Shown here one piece after another: positions 1-12,845 of a stretch of 64,000 nt of DNA. How positions within the stretch are numbered: the stretch's first letter is position 1; each line of letters begins with the position of its first letter. The translations under genes and the position numbers were made by a program. Source of the stretch: Chrysomallon squamiferum (taxonomy: Eukaryota > Animalia > Mollusca). The stretch lies in assembly GCA_012295275.1 (NCBI GenBank), contig CM022673.1:11408001-11472000 (forward strand). The letters are read 5' to 3'. The notes under the pieces were generated by a model. That model ran no database searches, had not been told where the DNA came from, and worked only from the letters and a program-made list of their open reading frames with translations.

Positions 1-603
1 TCTTAAATTATATTTGTTGAATTATATTTAACAATAAATAAAAGTAAAATATACTTTATGGAGTTAGCTGTGTAGTTTTTTGTGTTATTAGATGTAGTAA
101 ATTGTTATATTTAACTCTGAAAAGTAGTTTACATAAGTTCAGACTCCTGTTTTCTGTTAGCTTGGGGGTCTAAATCACCAACAAATATCTGTCTCTTATT
201 AAATGAAATTATTTTCATTAAAATATATTCATTTTATTTGATGTGAATGTAAAAATTACAGTGGGTGATTAGGCAGTATTTACATTTAAAAAATACAACA
301 ACACTGAAATGATATGCATCTTTTTTATTATTATTAATAGAATGTTCTATTTTTAATAGTATCTTTTGATATTATGATTTTGTTATCTGCATAATTTGTG
401 TGTGTGTGTGTGTACACACAACATACATATTTATATAACATTACACACTTATACATATAAAAATTAGTTAATTTCTGTTTTTTCTAAGTAACTAGTAAAT
501 AATTATTAATAGGTTACGATTGTTTTGGGTGCTTTTGAAATATTAATTGTGTTAAATATATTTTAATTATAATTTTTGTTTCTGTTAATTATTAATATTT
601 CAG

Positions 604-3600
604 ATTCATTTGTATTAAAGTACAAAGGTACTTTATCAGCTCCTGATGACATTGAAGTTAAGTTACTGAAAACTGGAATTGCCTGGGCTTCAGACAAGAA
701 TGTTAAGTTCAATAATCCACGTAAGTATAGATCAGATAAATATTTAGTATTACAGATAACATAAATTAGTTTTGAGACAGTATTTAAAAAATATTTACTA
801 TTATAGATAATATGTGCACATAAGAAGCAGTCATGACTTTAATTGTATTTACAATTATGGAGTATGCTGTTCTCATAAGTGTCACATAGATAGATATATA
901 TATATGATTTAAACCTTGTAATTTACAAAATATTTTAATTTATTATGAGGTAAATTTAAAAACTATTTGCTGTTAATGACTCTGCAGTCTTCATTCAAAC
1001 ATGCATGCACACGCACACACACATAAAATGAAGTTCACTACATATTACACATGCTGTAGTAGATATTTAAAGTATGTGTAGTCACATTCTTTTTTTTTTT
1101 TTTTTTTCTTATTTTAGCGGATCATGTCAAACCCAAGTACATAAAACCACCAAACTGGAAGGTTTCTGTTTGGGATTTGGATCCTGACAACACCACTGAC
1201 AACAACGGCTACAAGAATGAGGACCTTATTGTATGGATGAGAACAGCAGCATTGCCAACGTTTCGTAAACTTCATCGTCGAATTGATCACTCGGAAAACA
1301 AATTTTCAAAGGGTCTCCCTGCAGGCAACTACACAGTGACAGTAACTTATGGTGAACAAAATTAATATTGTTATTTAAATATAAATGAAATAACAAAGAA
1401 AAAATATTGCAAAAATAGAAATGATGCTTTTATTCATTGGCCAGAATGTACTTTTTTAAAAAGACAAAATACTCCTTTTTTTAATTTATTTTATTATTAT
1501 TATCATCTTTTTTTTTTTTTTTTTTTTTTTAATTTTGGTATGTTTGAAGAAAGAAATTGGTTAACTGGTATGTTCTGACTGTTCAGATCTGAAAAAAACA
1601 ACTCCATTCTGTATTAAATTATATTCTACCACATTATTTTCTGAAAACCACTTAATGTAACAACAAACAATTTTGATAAAATGTAAACTTGATTCACACA
1701 GCTCAAAAACTCTTTTATCTTCCAGCTTATCCAGTGAAAAAGTTTGCAGGCACAAAACGAATCATCTTATCAACAACATCATGGCTTGGTGGGAAAAACC
1801 CATTTCTGGGTATTGCCTACTTGGTGGTGGGCAGTCTTTGTATTGTCTTGGGAATAGTTTTTCTCATTATCCACCTGAAGTGTGGCAAAAAGTAAGTTCA
1901 TTAACAGTTACTAAAATTATAGCTTTGGTGGAGGTTGTGGTTTTATTTTTATTTATTTTGTTTGGGAAGAGGGATGTATCTTTATTTGATATAAAAAAAG
2001 AATTAAAAAAAATAAAAAAGAAAGAAAAAGGTTGATTAGTATAAAAGGTAGAATGTTTTGATTTTCCAAAGGAATTTATTGAAATAATTCCAAAATATTT
2101 TGTGATCCACTTTTTCAGAAATGTATTATATTATGTTACAGCCAAAATATATTAATCTAACTCCTTCCCATACTAAAAATTTCATTTCTGATCAGTTTTA
2201 CAGACCATTCCATTTGAATTATGTACTTCATTACAACTGTCATTTGATTAAGTGAATAAATAAATACAAAGTTGCAAGTTCTAGAAGAGGATACATTTAC
2301 CAGAAGAAATTTACAAAAAAAAAGAAAAAAAAGTTTTACATCAAGTACTTTTTCATTTTTCTGGTCACTATTTTTTCCTTGACAATTCATTTAACTGATA
2401 TAATTATTTTTATTTTCATCTCATTGACTTTTAGGTCAGAGATGATCATCTTACTTACATAAGTATATAAAACTCTAAGGTATTAACACATTTCACAATG
2501 GCATGATTAGACATGTCACTGCGATTCACCTGAATTTCACCTGTTAACATCTATTTCATGACTTCATTTCAGTTAATATAACATTTTTATAATTAGATTC
2601 TAATATTTCTAGGTTATGGCATTCATCTGAGCATAGACATTGTAGTTTCTTTAAAAATCTTTTCTTTGAAACATAGTCTTTTGATAAAAAAAATTAATTT
2701 CTTTATATGATGTTAATAAGGTTGTGGTTATTTTTATTCTTTATATTTTTCCTAAATAGATTGTAGATTAATAAGTTAGAAAAGAAGACAACACATTTTT
2801 AGAAGTATTAATTCAGTGTTATTTTATATTATCTAAGAAAGTGGGAGTTGTTTAAACTTTTTTTTAAAAATAAGTTTCCTTTAATAAATTTGACAGACCA
2901 TTATAAATATGACAGATTTCTCACCTCTGCTGTCAACATAGAATGCCTCTGTTATTTTTACTCAATCTACATTTTTGTTTACAACATACATTTTTTTAAT
3001 TATTAAACATTTTTTTCTTACATTATAGTTATTATTATTATTATTACTATTATAGTAAAGGCATGATACACAATGATACTTTTTCACATATATCATACCT
3101 CAGTTAACAGATAATACAGCCAGATTTTTGTCTGCATGTTTTTTTTATTACACATTCACGACAGTGCAGATCTTCTGTTGACAATTCTATTTTCCAAAAT
3201 CGTAATTTTAAATATGGTTATATAACATTAGTACGACATGCTGTCTTGATAAGCTTTGTGGCAATTTAATATTTCTTCAGACCCTAATAGACTGTCATAT
3301 TAAAAAAGATGAATTATGATTAGGTAACAGAAGTATCACAATTTACTCATACAGTAATATTTTGGTAAAAAAATAAACATGGAATAAATATGGATGCCTA
3401 AAACATTGTAGGGGTTATGTGTAATGGAAACGTTCAGTTAATTATTTCATACATAAATAAATTGAGCTAAATAGCTGAAAACATACCTGCAATATTTTAC
3501 TTTTCTTATGAATAAACCTTGTAAATTTGTTTCAAATATTTAAGAATAGTGGAAAATGGATGATCAGTCTGTATTTTCAGCATCATTAGCATCATTTCAT

Positions 3601-4006
3601 TCAGCATCATTAGCGTGAACTAACATAATTGTATTCACTCATTTTTAAGGTTGGAAGACGCAGCATATGAATTTGTAATCAACGATGATGAAGAACTTTC
3701 TATCAGACGTGCATTTCATTTTCATTTTTCAGTTCATTTTAATTTACTAACAATGTTGACGTGTTATTTTGAAATATTACCATTATTTTAGCTGTTACTT
3801 CTGTTAAAATTGTAAGTTTTGTTGTTAATTACCTTTGTTTTCGTTTTGTATTCTTTTTTCAGATAAAATATAAATTTTGTTTTAGTCTCATTTTAATATC
3901 CAGAATATATATATATATATATATATATGTCCTAAAAGAAAAGAACTTGTCTCCATTGTATTATGATTTATGTTTGGCAATTGAAAGAATGTTATGTTTG
4001 TAACAA

Positions 4007-4049
<43 letters not shown>

Positions 4050-5830
4050 CATATAATGGGCAACAGAATATTAAAGTAATTATCTTCACCCACTCTGCAA
4101 ATTAAAAATACAAAAATTAATTTTTATTAGCAGAAAACTTCAGCACTACATTGATCTTACAGACTTCCAGTAGTAATTTTCTGTGAGTTGTTTATTATTA
4201 TTTTTTTTCAAAATAGATGTATTTCCTGATGGCAGTGGAATTCTTTGGCTGTTAACTTCTCGCATGGCACGGTTATTCTGGTTCTGTTTACAAGGCTGTT
4301 AATTAGAGCTGGAAATATGAACAAGAAAGTTAATAAAGAACATCAGTTGGGCTAAAGGGCTTTCTTCAATCCTAGTATTGTCATATCCCTTTTTTGGATT
4401 AGATTAAATTACAAAAAAAAATTGTCGTCTTTATCCATAGTTTATCATGTCAGCATTCTCTCTCAGTGATAGTTGATCTTACACATAGATTTAGTAAATG
4501 CTTTATTTTACTCCCCTTTAGAACATACTCTAAATTATCTTTATAAACATTTCCCCTCAGTAAATGTTTCCAGCATCATTTCACATTTCATCACACAGGC
4601 ATATATTTCAACATCACTTTTAGATGCATCAAAACAGAAAAATGAAGGAAAATAAAATAGCAGTAATAAATATGCATATGAGAAAGAATGGAAGTAAAAG
4701 AAATGCAATTTTAATTGACTTTTGTTTACATTTTAAATTTTTTTTTTTTTTTTTAATTTAGGATACTCTGTTGTGGGTCATTCCATGTCAGTTCATCAAC
4801 CAGTGTATTATGACTGCCTCTGGTTTTGATAAACTTTCAGATACAAACTTGCTATGGTTTCATACTTAAATATAAGATTCTAACTTCATCAAACCATTAA
4901 TTTTGGAAATACTACAATTTATTAAATTTTACCTTTTTAGTTTTAAAAGAACCATTAGATAAAACATTTCTTCTCCTATTATGAGATCATATAGACTTAA
5001 AACTGTTTTCAATATTTATTTTTTATTTTTTGTATTTGTTTTTTATTTCTTTCTTTAAGAAGGAAGGTAGTTTTATTTAATATCAAAGATATTATGAAAA
5101 GAAATTTTACCTACCATCCCTGATGTTTTATTTTCATAAATATACTGAAGAAAATTATCTTTATCTACTGATTTAGTTTTGGAACAGACATGGTTGTTTC
5201 TGCATGTTGTTTTCCTCATTCTGACCATTCCTTTCCAACGTGCTGAGGGTCATTATGTGTGCTTTTGTACCTGTAGCAGGAAGTGTGTAAAGCATCCTTT
5301 TATGATGATTTTTATTAATTAGCTTTGGACTGGAGACAGCAAATTTTGTTTGTTATAGGCCTAATCATTTTTATTACGTATTATGTTTATTCATAGCCAG
5401 TGTAAAAGCTTGAAATTTCAGTAATAAACAGAAATGTTGAAGATGTGGTATTAATGTATTTTTGATACAGGACAGTTTTGATACATTTAATTCCATTTGT
5501 AGAATTACCAAAATTTATTGAAAAGATCCATTGTAGTTTAAATTATAATAATACTGTTTTAAAATAAAATATTACTTTTGGGAGTATATATGCTGTAGTT
5601 AATAAAGATAAAGATATGTAGAGATGTTGTGTCACTGACTAAGATTAAGAGAGGATGTGAGAGAGAGAAAATTTTAAAATATGAAATAGTTTTCAAACTG
5701 ATCTCTGCTGTTAGACTCTTTTTATTTTTATTTCATTAACAAAATAAACTCTGGCTTTGTTTTTTCTTTCTATTTTTTTCTGTCTTCCTTTTTCATTTTC
5801 CTTTTGTTATCTTTAACTCTTTCTGTCTTG

Positions 5831-5878
<48 letters not shown>

Positions 5879-8000
5879 GTATGTATATTTTTTAACAATT
5901 ATCCACTAGATAATAATCATTTCTTTTAATTTAAAAGCTTAAATTATATTTCAGATGTTGATTAGCTGTTAAGAATAAGCTTATATCCATTTTTGTGTGT
6001 GTGTGTGTGTGTGTGTGTTTTATTTGTTTAGAAAATAACAAAGTGATATAAGACAGCTGTGTGGGTTATAAATGTAGACTCAGAATCATTATGTGTTAAT
6101 GGTAGCCACTATGCAATGTCCCAGTAGAGGTGTGGGATAATAAATACATTCAGAGAGTCAGTGAGGTGTGTGACCACCATTAATGTTAACAAAGCCTGGG
6201 CAACTGTGCCGCATAGACAAGAACTAGACAGTTGAAAAAGACTTGTGCAATGGACTTCCATATCTCAATCAAAACTTGTTCAACTGCACACATTACTGGT
6301 CAGTTCTGGTTACAACAGAGTTGTTCCATTTCATCCCAGACACATTCAGTATGTGAGATGTTCAGAGAAACAATGCAGTCAGGGGAGGGCATCAAAGTTC
6401 TGTTGTCTTAAGAAGTCTGTTACAGCATGTACAGTATATAGGCTGGTGTTGTCCTATTGTAATATAATGTTCCATCCCAGACTTGTCACCTGAACCTTAG
6501 ATCTTGTTGACACTGTGTTAAATAAAGCCAGCCAATGACGTGGAAGTAAAAGCAGGCAAATGGCTGGTTGTTAAAGCTGATTCCATGAGGTCCTGGCACT
6601 GATTGGTCTTAACCCAGGCATGGTTCAAGCTGTTAAACTTGCTGTTTGGAACCGATTTCATAAATGAACCAATTGAATATGGTTATCTTGTTGACTTCAC
6701 ACCTGCACTGCCTGCCCTAGGCAAGTCCTGTTGTGGATAGCGTCCCTATAAACAGTTTATCGTGTTTTAGCATACACCAAAATGACAGGCAACTTCATAA
6801 TGCAGCATACCAGTGATGTGAAGATGTTGGTTTTCGGAAAGACGTAGCATGACATAAGCTTTGTTAAACAGAATTGGGTTTTTTTCAGTTAAAAAGCAAC
6901 TGTGTCTTTCTCATTTTCAAAAACAATGTGTGTGAATATCACATGGCAAAACACAAAGCTGTACACCCTGTTTGAAATGCATGTGTGAGGAGTAAATCAT
7001 GACCAAAATACTGAAGACTGCTTTCATGGATATGTTTTGATTTTTCCTTTCTCTAATTTTGGGATATGTGCAGTTAGATGAAACATTATATCATGCACAG
7101 TTACTTTTTAACATTAGTGTATAATATTTTATAAGTATTTATTTTGTAATACGTTGAATATTTTTTCTATCAAAACAACTTTCTTTATAATTTTAAAAAG
7201 TACCTGCAAAATTACTCCAAAGATATACTTCATAAATATTACTTATAGACCAAATGATGTGACAGTAATAGAATTTTGTTTTCTGCTTATATCAGCATTG
7301 TGAAAAATATATTTTAATATTATATTTTGTTTTGGAGTTTTAAAAAACATTTTTTTTCTTTTAACTTTATTATTTTTATAAATGTTTGGTTCACTGTTGA
7401 TGCTGTTACTGCTGTCATTTTTATTATTATGTGCATATAAATTACGACAATATATATACATTTTATTTTGTATATTAAGCTACTAAAGTATTTGCAGAAT
7501 AATTTTAGTTTAAATGTTTTGTTTTTAATTTAGCATTTTATTTTCTTATTGTTAATATGTTTTGTTTTTGGTTATTTATTTATTATTGTTTTTGTTGTTG
7601 ATATTGATGTTGTTATTGTTATTATTATTTTATTACTATTATTATTATTATACAAAGTACTAAGTAGAAATATTAAGAAAAACATTCTAATAATAATTTC
7701 AGTTCAATATTTAAATATATTACTGGTTTTAATATTATTTTATTATTCATTGTTCTAAATAAAAATACTAATATTAATAAAATTAAATATTCTGATAGTT
7801 ATAGCATCAGTTATAACAACAGTTTAATTCCATTCTCTCATATCATTTGCAGATTTCTTCATATATATATATATATAATCAGATATTTCAAAATAATAAT
7901 TATATAAAATTTTTTGCATCAAAATCAGTAATATTCTGGTATTTTTTACACTTGCAGGCAGAGTGACATGACTAACATTTCCAGTCGAGATGTCTTCTGA
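604..8000 (+). CDS. TMEM30A: CDC50/TMEM30 family P4-ATPase flippase beta subunit, 3' part (5' exons lie upstream of the window)
   Basis: Phase-compatible GT-AG exons 604-720 ([15 protein letters not shown]), 1118-1351 ([24 protein letters not shown]) and 1726-1891 ([14 protein letters not shown] plus TM helix) carry the hallmark CDC50 motifs. Preferred last exon is 7958-8000 ([13 protein letters not shown]); alternatives start at 2435 and 3650. Confidence 0.95.
5834..6017. repeat. (CT)n and (GT)n microsatellites
   Basis: Visible dinucleotide runs at about 5834-5874 and 5994-6017. Confidence 0.9.
6158..6850 (-). mobile_element. Decayed Tc1-like (Tc1/mariner) transposase, internally deleted, in the CDC50 intron
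   Basis: The minus strand gives broken Tc1 motifs in order: [43 protein letters not shown] (QDNA), [20 protein letters not shown] (IEHVWD), [13 protein letters not shown] (GGHTRY). Many stops and frameshifts. Confidence 0.85.
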
Positions 8001-9987
8001 ACCTCTGCTCAGTTACGACATGATGGAGGAAGAAGAATCCTTTCTCTGATCAGCTGAGGATGGAATATTAACCACATCTTAAAAAAAATTTAAAATATAA
8101 ATTCTTTATTTATTTTGTTTGCTTGCAAGCCACAGACATGATAGAAATTCAGTGTCCAGTCAGCTGCAGAGAGAATTTTGAAAAAAAAAAAAACTTTACA
8201 TCTGTGATCTGATTTGTTATTTTTAGGGGGTATGCTGGAAGAGAAGGCAGTGGCTAGGTATAAAATTGTTCAATTCAGAAGGATGTTTATTGGCAATTTT
8301 AATTATGTGTAAAAGATATTGTACTATCTTTTTACTTCATAAATACTTATTACAAACAACTGTGAAAAATGTCTACTTAACATTGTTTTCTATGGTTTCA
8401 TATCTGTGCAATTAAACCCATGGCTTTGTAATAGCAAATTTGAAAATGTTGGATTTTGGTAGAAGTGAAACAATAAAAGTACTCTGAAGCATAAAGATTT
8501 TACATATATTGCAATTTTTCAAAAAGATTTTCAAAGTTAATATTATAGATACAATTTTGAGAATTAATTATCTGCTCACTCGGTATAATTACATTATATA
8601 AGTCAATATTATTTATTATATTTTTAGAGTTATAAGGACCGTTTTAGGTCTAGGGAATAAACAGAAAATCTGTTTTAAAAATTATTCTTTAATTAAGTTA
8701 TTAAAGTTAATTAAAATGAACAGGAAATATTTTTTTTTTTTTTTTTTTTTTTTTAATGTGATTAAATAAACATATGCTTCAGTATTTTGTCCTCTAAATA
8801 AAATTCTTCAGATAAATCTAAAGCTGTTTAATAACTGACCTCAGTACTCTAAAATTAGACTAAATTTAATTTAATTTTCTAATTAAAATAATATCATTAC
8901 TTAGACATTTTTTTATTTGTTGTTTTGCACTAAATACCAATCTGAATTTTTAAATATTCTTAAATTATTTTTCTGATCCTTTAAAAATATATTTATTTAT
9001 TTATTCATATTTTGCTGCATACTTTAGAGACTTGGCATGTGGTCAACACATACCAGATTTGTAGTGTTCATAGAATTACTATGAAATTTTATTCACATTC
9101 CAAATGTACGACACTGTTTCCATATTGTTTTTCGTGTTTTATTTTTCTATATCATCGTCTCTTTCAGAGCTTATTTTGAATATGTCTTTGTTCAGACTAA
9201 AATAAAAAAGCACCAATTATTTATTGTAAATGTTTGGTAAATACTTTTATTTGTTACTTGTAGCAACTATTTTTATTTCTTCCACATCTTTTAGTCTTTC
9301 TCTGTCCAAAAACAGTAAACATTATTTTTAATATGTTTTTGTATGTTGTTTTGAATGCACACTATTTAACAAAAATATGTAATTTTTTAAGACAAAATTA
9401 ATAGAGAAACATGACATAAAGATTGGTAGATACTGTGTAATCAATAATGATAGCTATCTGTCATATGATGTTTTTAAATGCTTGACTTGTGGTATGAATG
9501 GATGTTCTACTGAATTCTTACATATACCTTCCAAGAAATATTAATTAAATTAAACATTAAACATTTGTGTTGTCCATGCTTGCTTGCCAAGGGTATAATG
9601 TTTAAAATATGTATAGCTTTGCATGTAACCATTATGAAATATGAAATCTAAATCGTCTTTGATGATAAATCTTAATAAAATGACCCATAATCATTAGAGA
9701 AGCTATATGTTATAGCACTGAATTTCATACAGTTTTGTTGTTCATCGTTGAAAATGAGCATTGAGTGTAAAAACATACTTTCCTTAGTCTGCTTTTTAAA
9801 AGATGCATGCATAGATTGGTATATGTTTCTTCATTGTTTTTGGGGGTTTTTTTTTATTGTTTACATGCTGTGCATACCTTGAATTAATAAAAATAACAAA
9901 GCATTCTAAAATAAAATAACTTAAAATACAGCATAACTGAATTTCGTTTACTGGTCAACATTGGTTACCTCCCCTTTACTAGTGGTA

Positions 9988-10028
<41 letters not shown>

Positions 10029-12062
10029 CAGATTTCAATCACATTATTCTTCTGGGTGATAGACAAGTGACTATTTTTTTTTTTTTATTGTCTATCTAGG
10101 ACTTAAACAAATTTCAAAATAAAGAATATACATTAAAAATGTTATTTTAACATTCAGCTCAGATAAGTTAATTTCATTTTGTCTAGTTGCCTGGAATGTA
10201 ATTGATACAAACATCCTACATCTGTAGGGTGAGGGAAAGGGAATTTTGTATTTGTATCTCTAGCACCAATTGTTAATTAAACAGAATTTTAAATATATTC
10301 CTTCAAAATTTGTTTCATTTAAATTAATAAGTACAAGTGAAGATATGAAAATGTGATACTGGATTTCCTGTATATTTTTTAATTTATTTTATTTATTTAT
10401 TTTATGTTTTTATTTATTTATTTATTTTGTTTATGTATGTGTACATTGTAAATATTTCTTCTTTAAATCTTGTGTGTATATATATTTATATATATATATA
10501 ACTATATCTATATAACACCTTATTTATGTATGTAATATATACATTTCAAATTCTATATGACTGCTAATTGTACATTTTTGTGAATTTTTGTACGTACAAA
10601 AGATTTAAATATAATCATTTTAAAATCATAATCAAGTTTTTTGTTATTTTGAGTCTGACATTTGAAATGCATTGAAAAATATATTTATTTTTTTATTTTA
10701 ATAATCAATTTTTTTTTGTTTTGAGTTTGACATTTAAAATGCATTTATTAAATTATTTTGTCGTTTATTTATTTATTGCTTCTTTTCGTCTTCTCCATTA
10801 GTTTTTCTTTTCTTTTAAAATAATTTTTAAAATATTTTATGTTCTTAATATTACAGAAATAATGCTAATTGTCTTTAATTATTTCTTTTCTTTATTTAAT
10901 TTTTAATTTTTATTTTTTCAATCACTCCAACTATTAATATTTTTACTCAGTTTTATATTTCTGTGATTAATGTTGGTTAATTTTCTTTGAGTTTATTCTT
11001 CTTTTAAAAAAATCTTCACATATTGACTGTTCCCTTTGATGATGTATTATTTGATAATCATGGTTACTTGAGATTTTTGGAAACTTTTTAAAACTGTAAA
11101 TAAAATTTCTTGCTTGTACTTTATTTTATGTGCATTCATTGATGATGTGTGCATATATAGGTTTTTTTCACTGATTCTGTAATATTTGAATAAACATCAT
11201 ATTTAGAGTTCTACTTGTAAATTCTGAGTCTAAAACTTAAGTGTCAACATAAATTCAGGTAAAAAGAAACTAACCAAACCAAACAAAGGTCTAGTATATG
11301 GTGGATTTTCTGTATCTGTATATGAATATAAATTTACATATATCACTGAAAATGGAAAATGATTACAAGATAAAAGGTGCAATTCCTTTTTTATACTTTT
11401 TACTATTATATTTTTACAGTTTATTTTACTAGGTTTCTCAAAATTTTGTTTAAACAACTTATTATGGAGGGCATTGAGGAAGCGATGTAGTATAAGTAGT
11501 TTGAACAATCTAGACAAAAGCAGCAGTAAATTGTAGTGTTAGAAGTATTACTGATTAGTTTAGACTCAGGATTTTACGAGCAGAAACGTACTTTGAGCAA
11601 ACTTCTTAAATGATTGCAAGTGAAAAATACAGCACCGGAAAAACATTTAATCAAAACTCTTTAATAATTGATTAAATATTGAATTTTTTGCTGAAAAAAA
11701 TATTAAAAAATAAAGGACTTGTGAAGTAATTTTTCTTTCTTTCATTCTTGTGAATTTCTTATGGTGTGTATGGTGTATTTCAAAATTTTATCAATTGATG
11801 TATCGTAATAAAATTCTTTCCACATCACTGTGTTAAATATATTTGTTCTATTATTATTATTATTATTATGATTTTAAAATATATTTGTTTATACATTTAA
11901 TTTCACATTAGTTCACAATCATTTCTTTCCACTTCAATTCTTGTGGATAAGCACTACTTTGTTTCTTAAGTTTAAGAAAATGAAGTTGTAGGTCGTATAC
12001 AAATACTAATTCAGCTAATATTCTTTTACACACACACACACACATATATATATATACACACA

Positions 12063-12312
12063 CAGTGGTACTTCCACTTACGAGTTTTCCGAATTACAAG
12101 TATTTGCCAGGTTTATTTTGTGCTTTGAGTTGCGAGCCAGAATCCGAGTTACGAGCGAGCTTCATATATGCCGCCGCTAGTTGTCGCAACGAACAACACA
12201 ACATCCATCCGGCATCCCGCGTCTCAGCTCGTTACTTCACGTGGTTTCCTCGAAGTAATTTGAGTTAGGAGCTTGGTCACGGAACGAATTAAACTCGTTA
12301 GTCAAGGTACCA

Positions 12313-12315
<3 letters not shown>
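12063..12315. mobile_element. Pogo/Tigger-type MITE
   Basis: Imperfect TIRs of about 24 bp: left CAGTGGTACTTCCACTTACGAGTT; right, reverse-complemented, TAGTGGTACCTTGACTAACGAGTT. Sits in a CA/TA microsatellite. A related partial copy lies inverted at 19904-20020. Confidence 0.8.
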
Positions 12316-12348
<33 letters not shown>

Positions 12349-12845
12349 TCTCTGACAAAGAAGGTGGTGTGGCTTATATAAATAACTAATAAAAATAAAG
12401 TGGAAAATTAAAGTATAAAGAAGTGTAATACTTCAGGCTCTTAAAAATATAAATGAAAACAGTTTTACTCTCTACACATTTGTTAATTAAACTATTAATA
12501 AAACCAATCTGTCATTTAAACAATCAAAATTCACTCCTTCAAACTAAAACAAGTACTTAGTTGTTCAGAATAACAACTTTTATTCTAAATATCTGCGTCA
12601 TCGCATCATTGAGCGAAACACTTGTGATTGAATATTTTACCACAGGGCGTTTCCGCTGTAAAATGTGTCAACATGCGCATAAATCATCGTAAACAGACGA
12701 CGTTTGTTTCTTTGTTATTGGGCGTCTGTTGTAAATAGCAAGTAATGAGGTTTATCGTCTGCATGTTGCTTACGATGGTGTAATGATAAATATTAAATAA
12801 CGTATTAAATGTGTAACAAAGTTTTGATTTTCCGAAAAAACAAGA

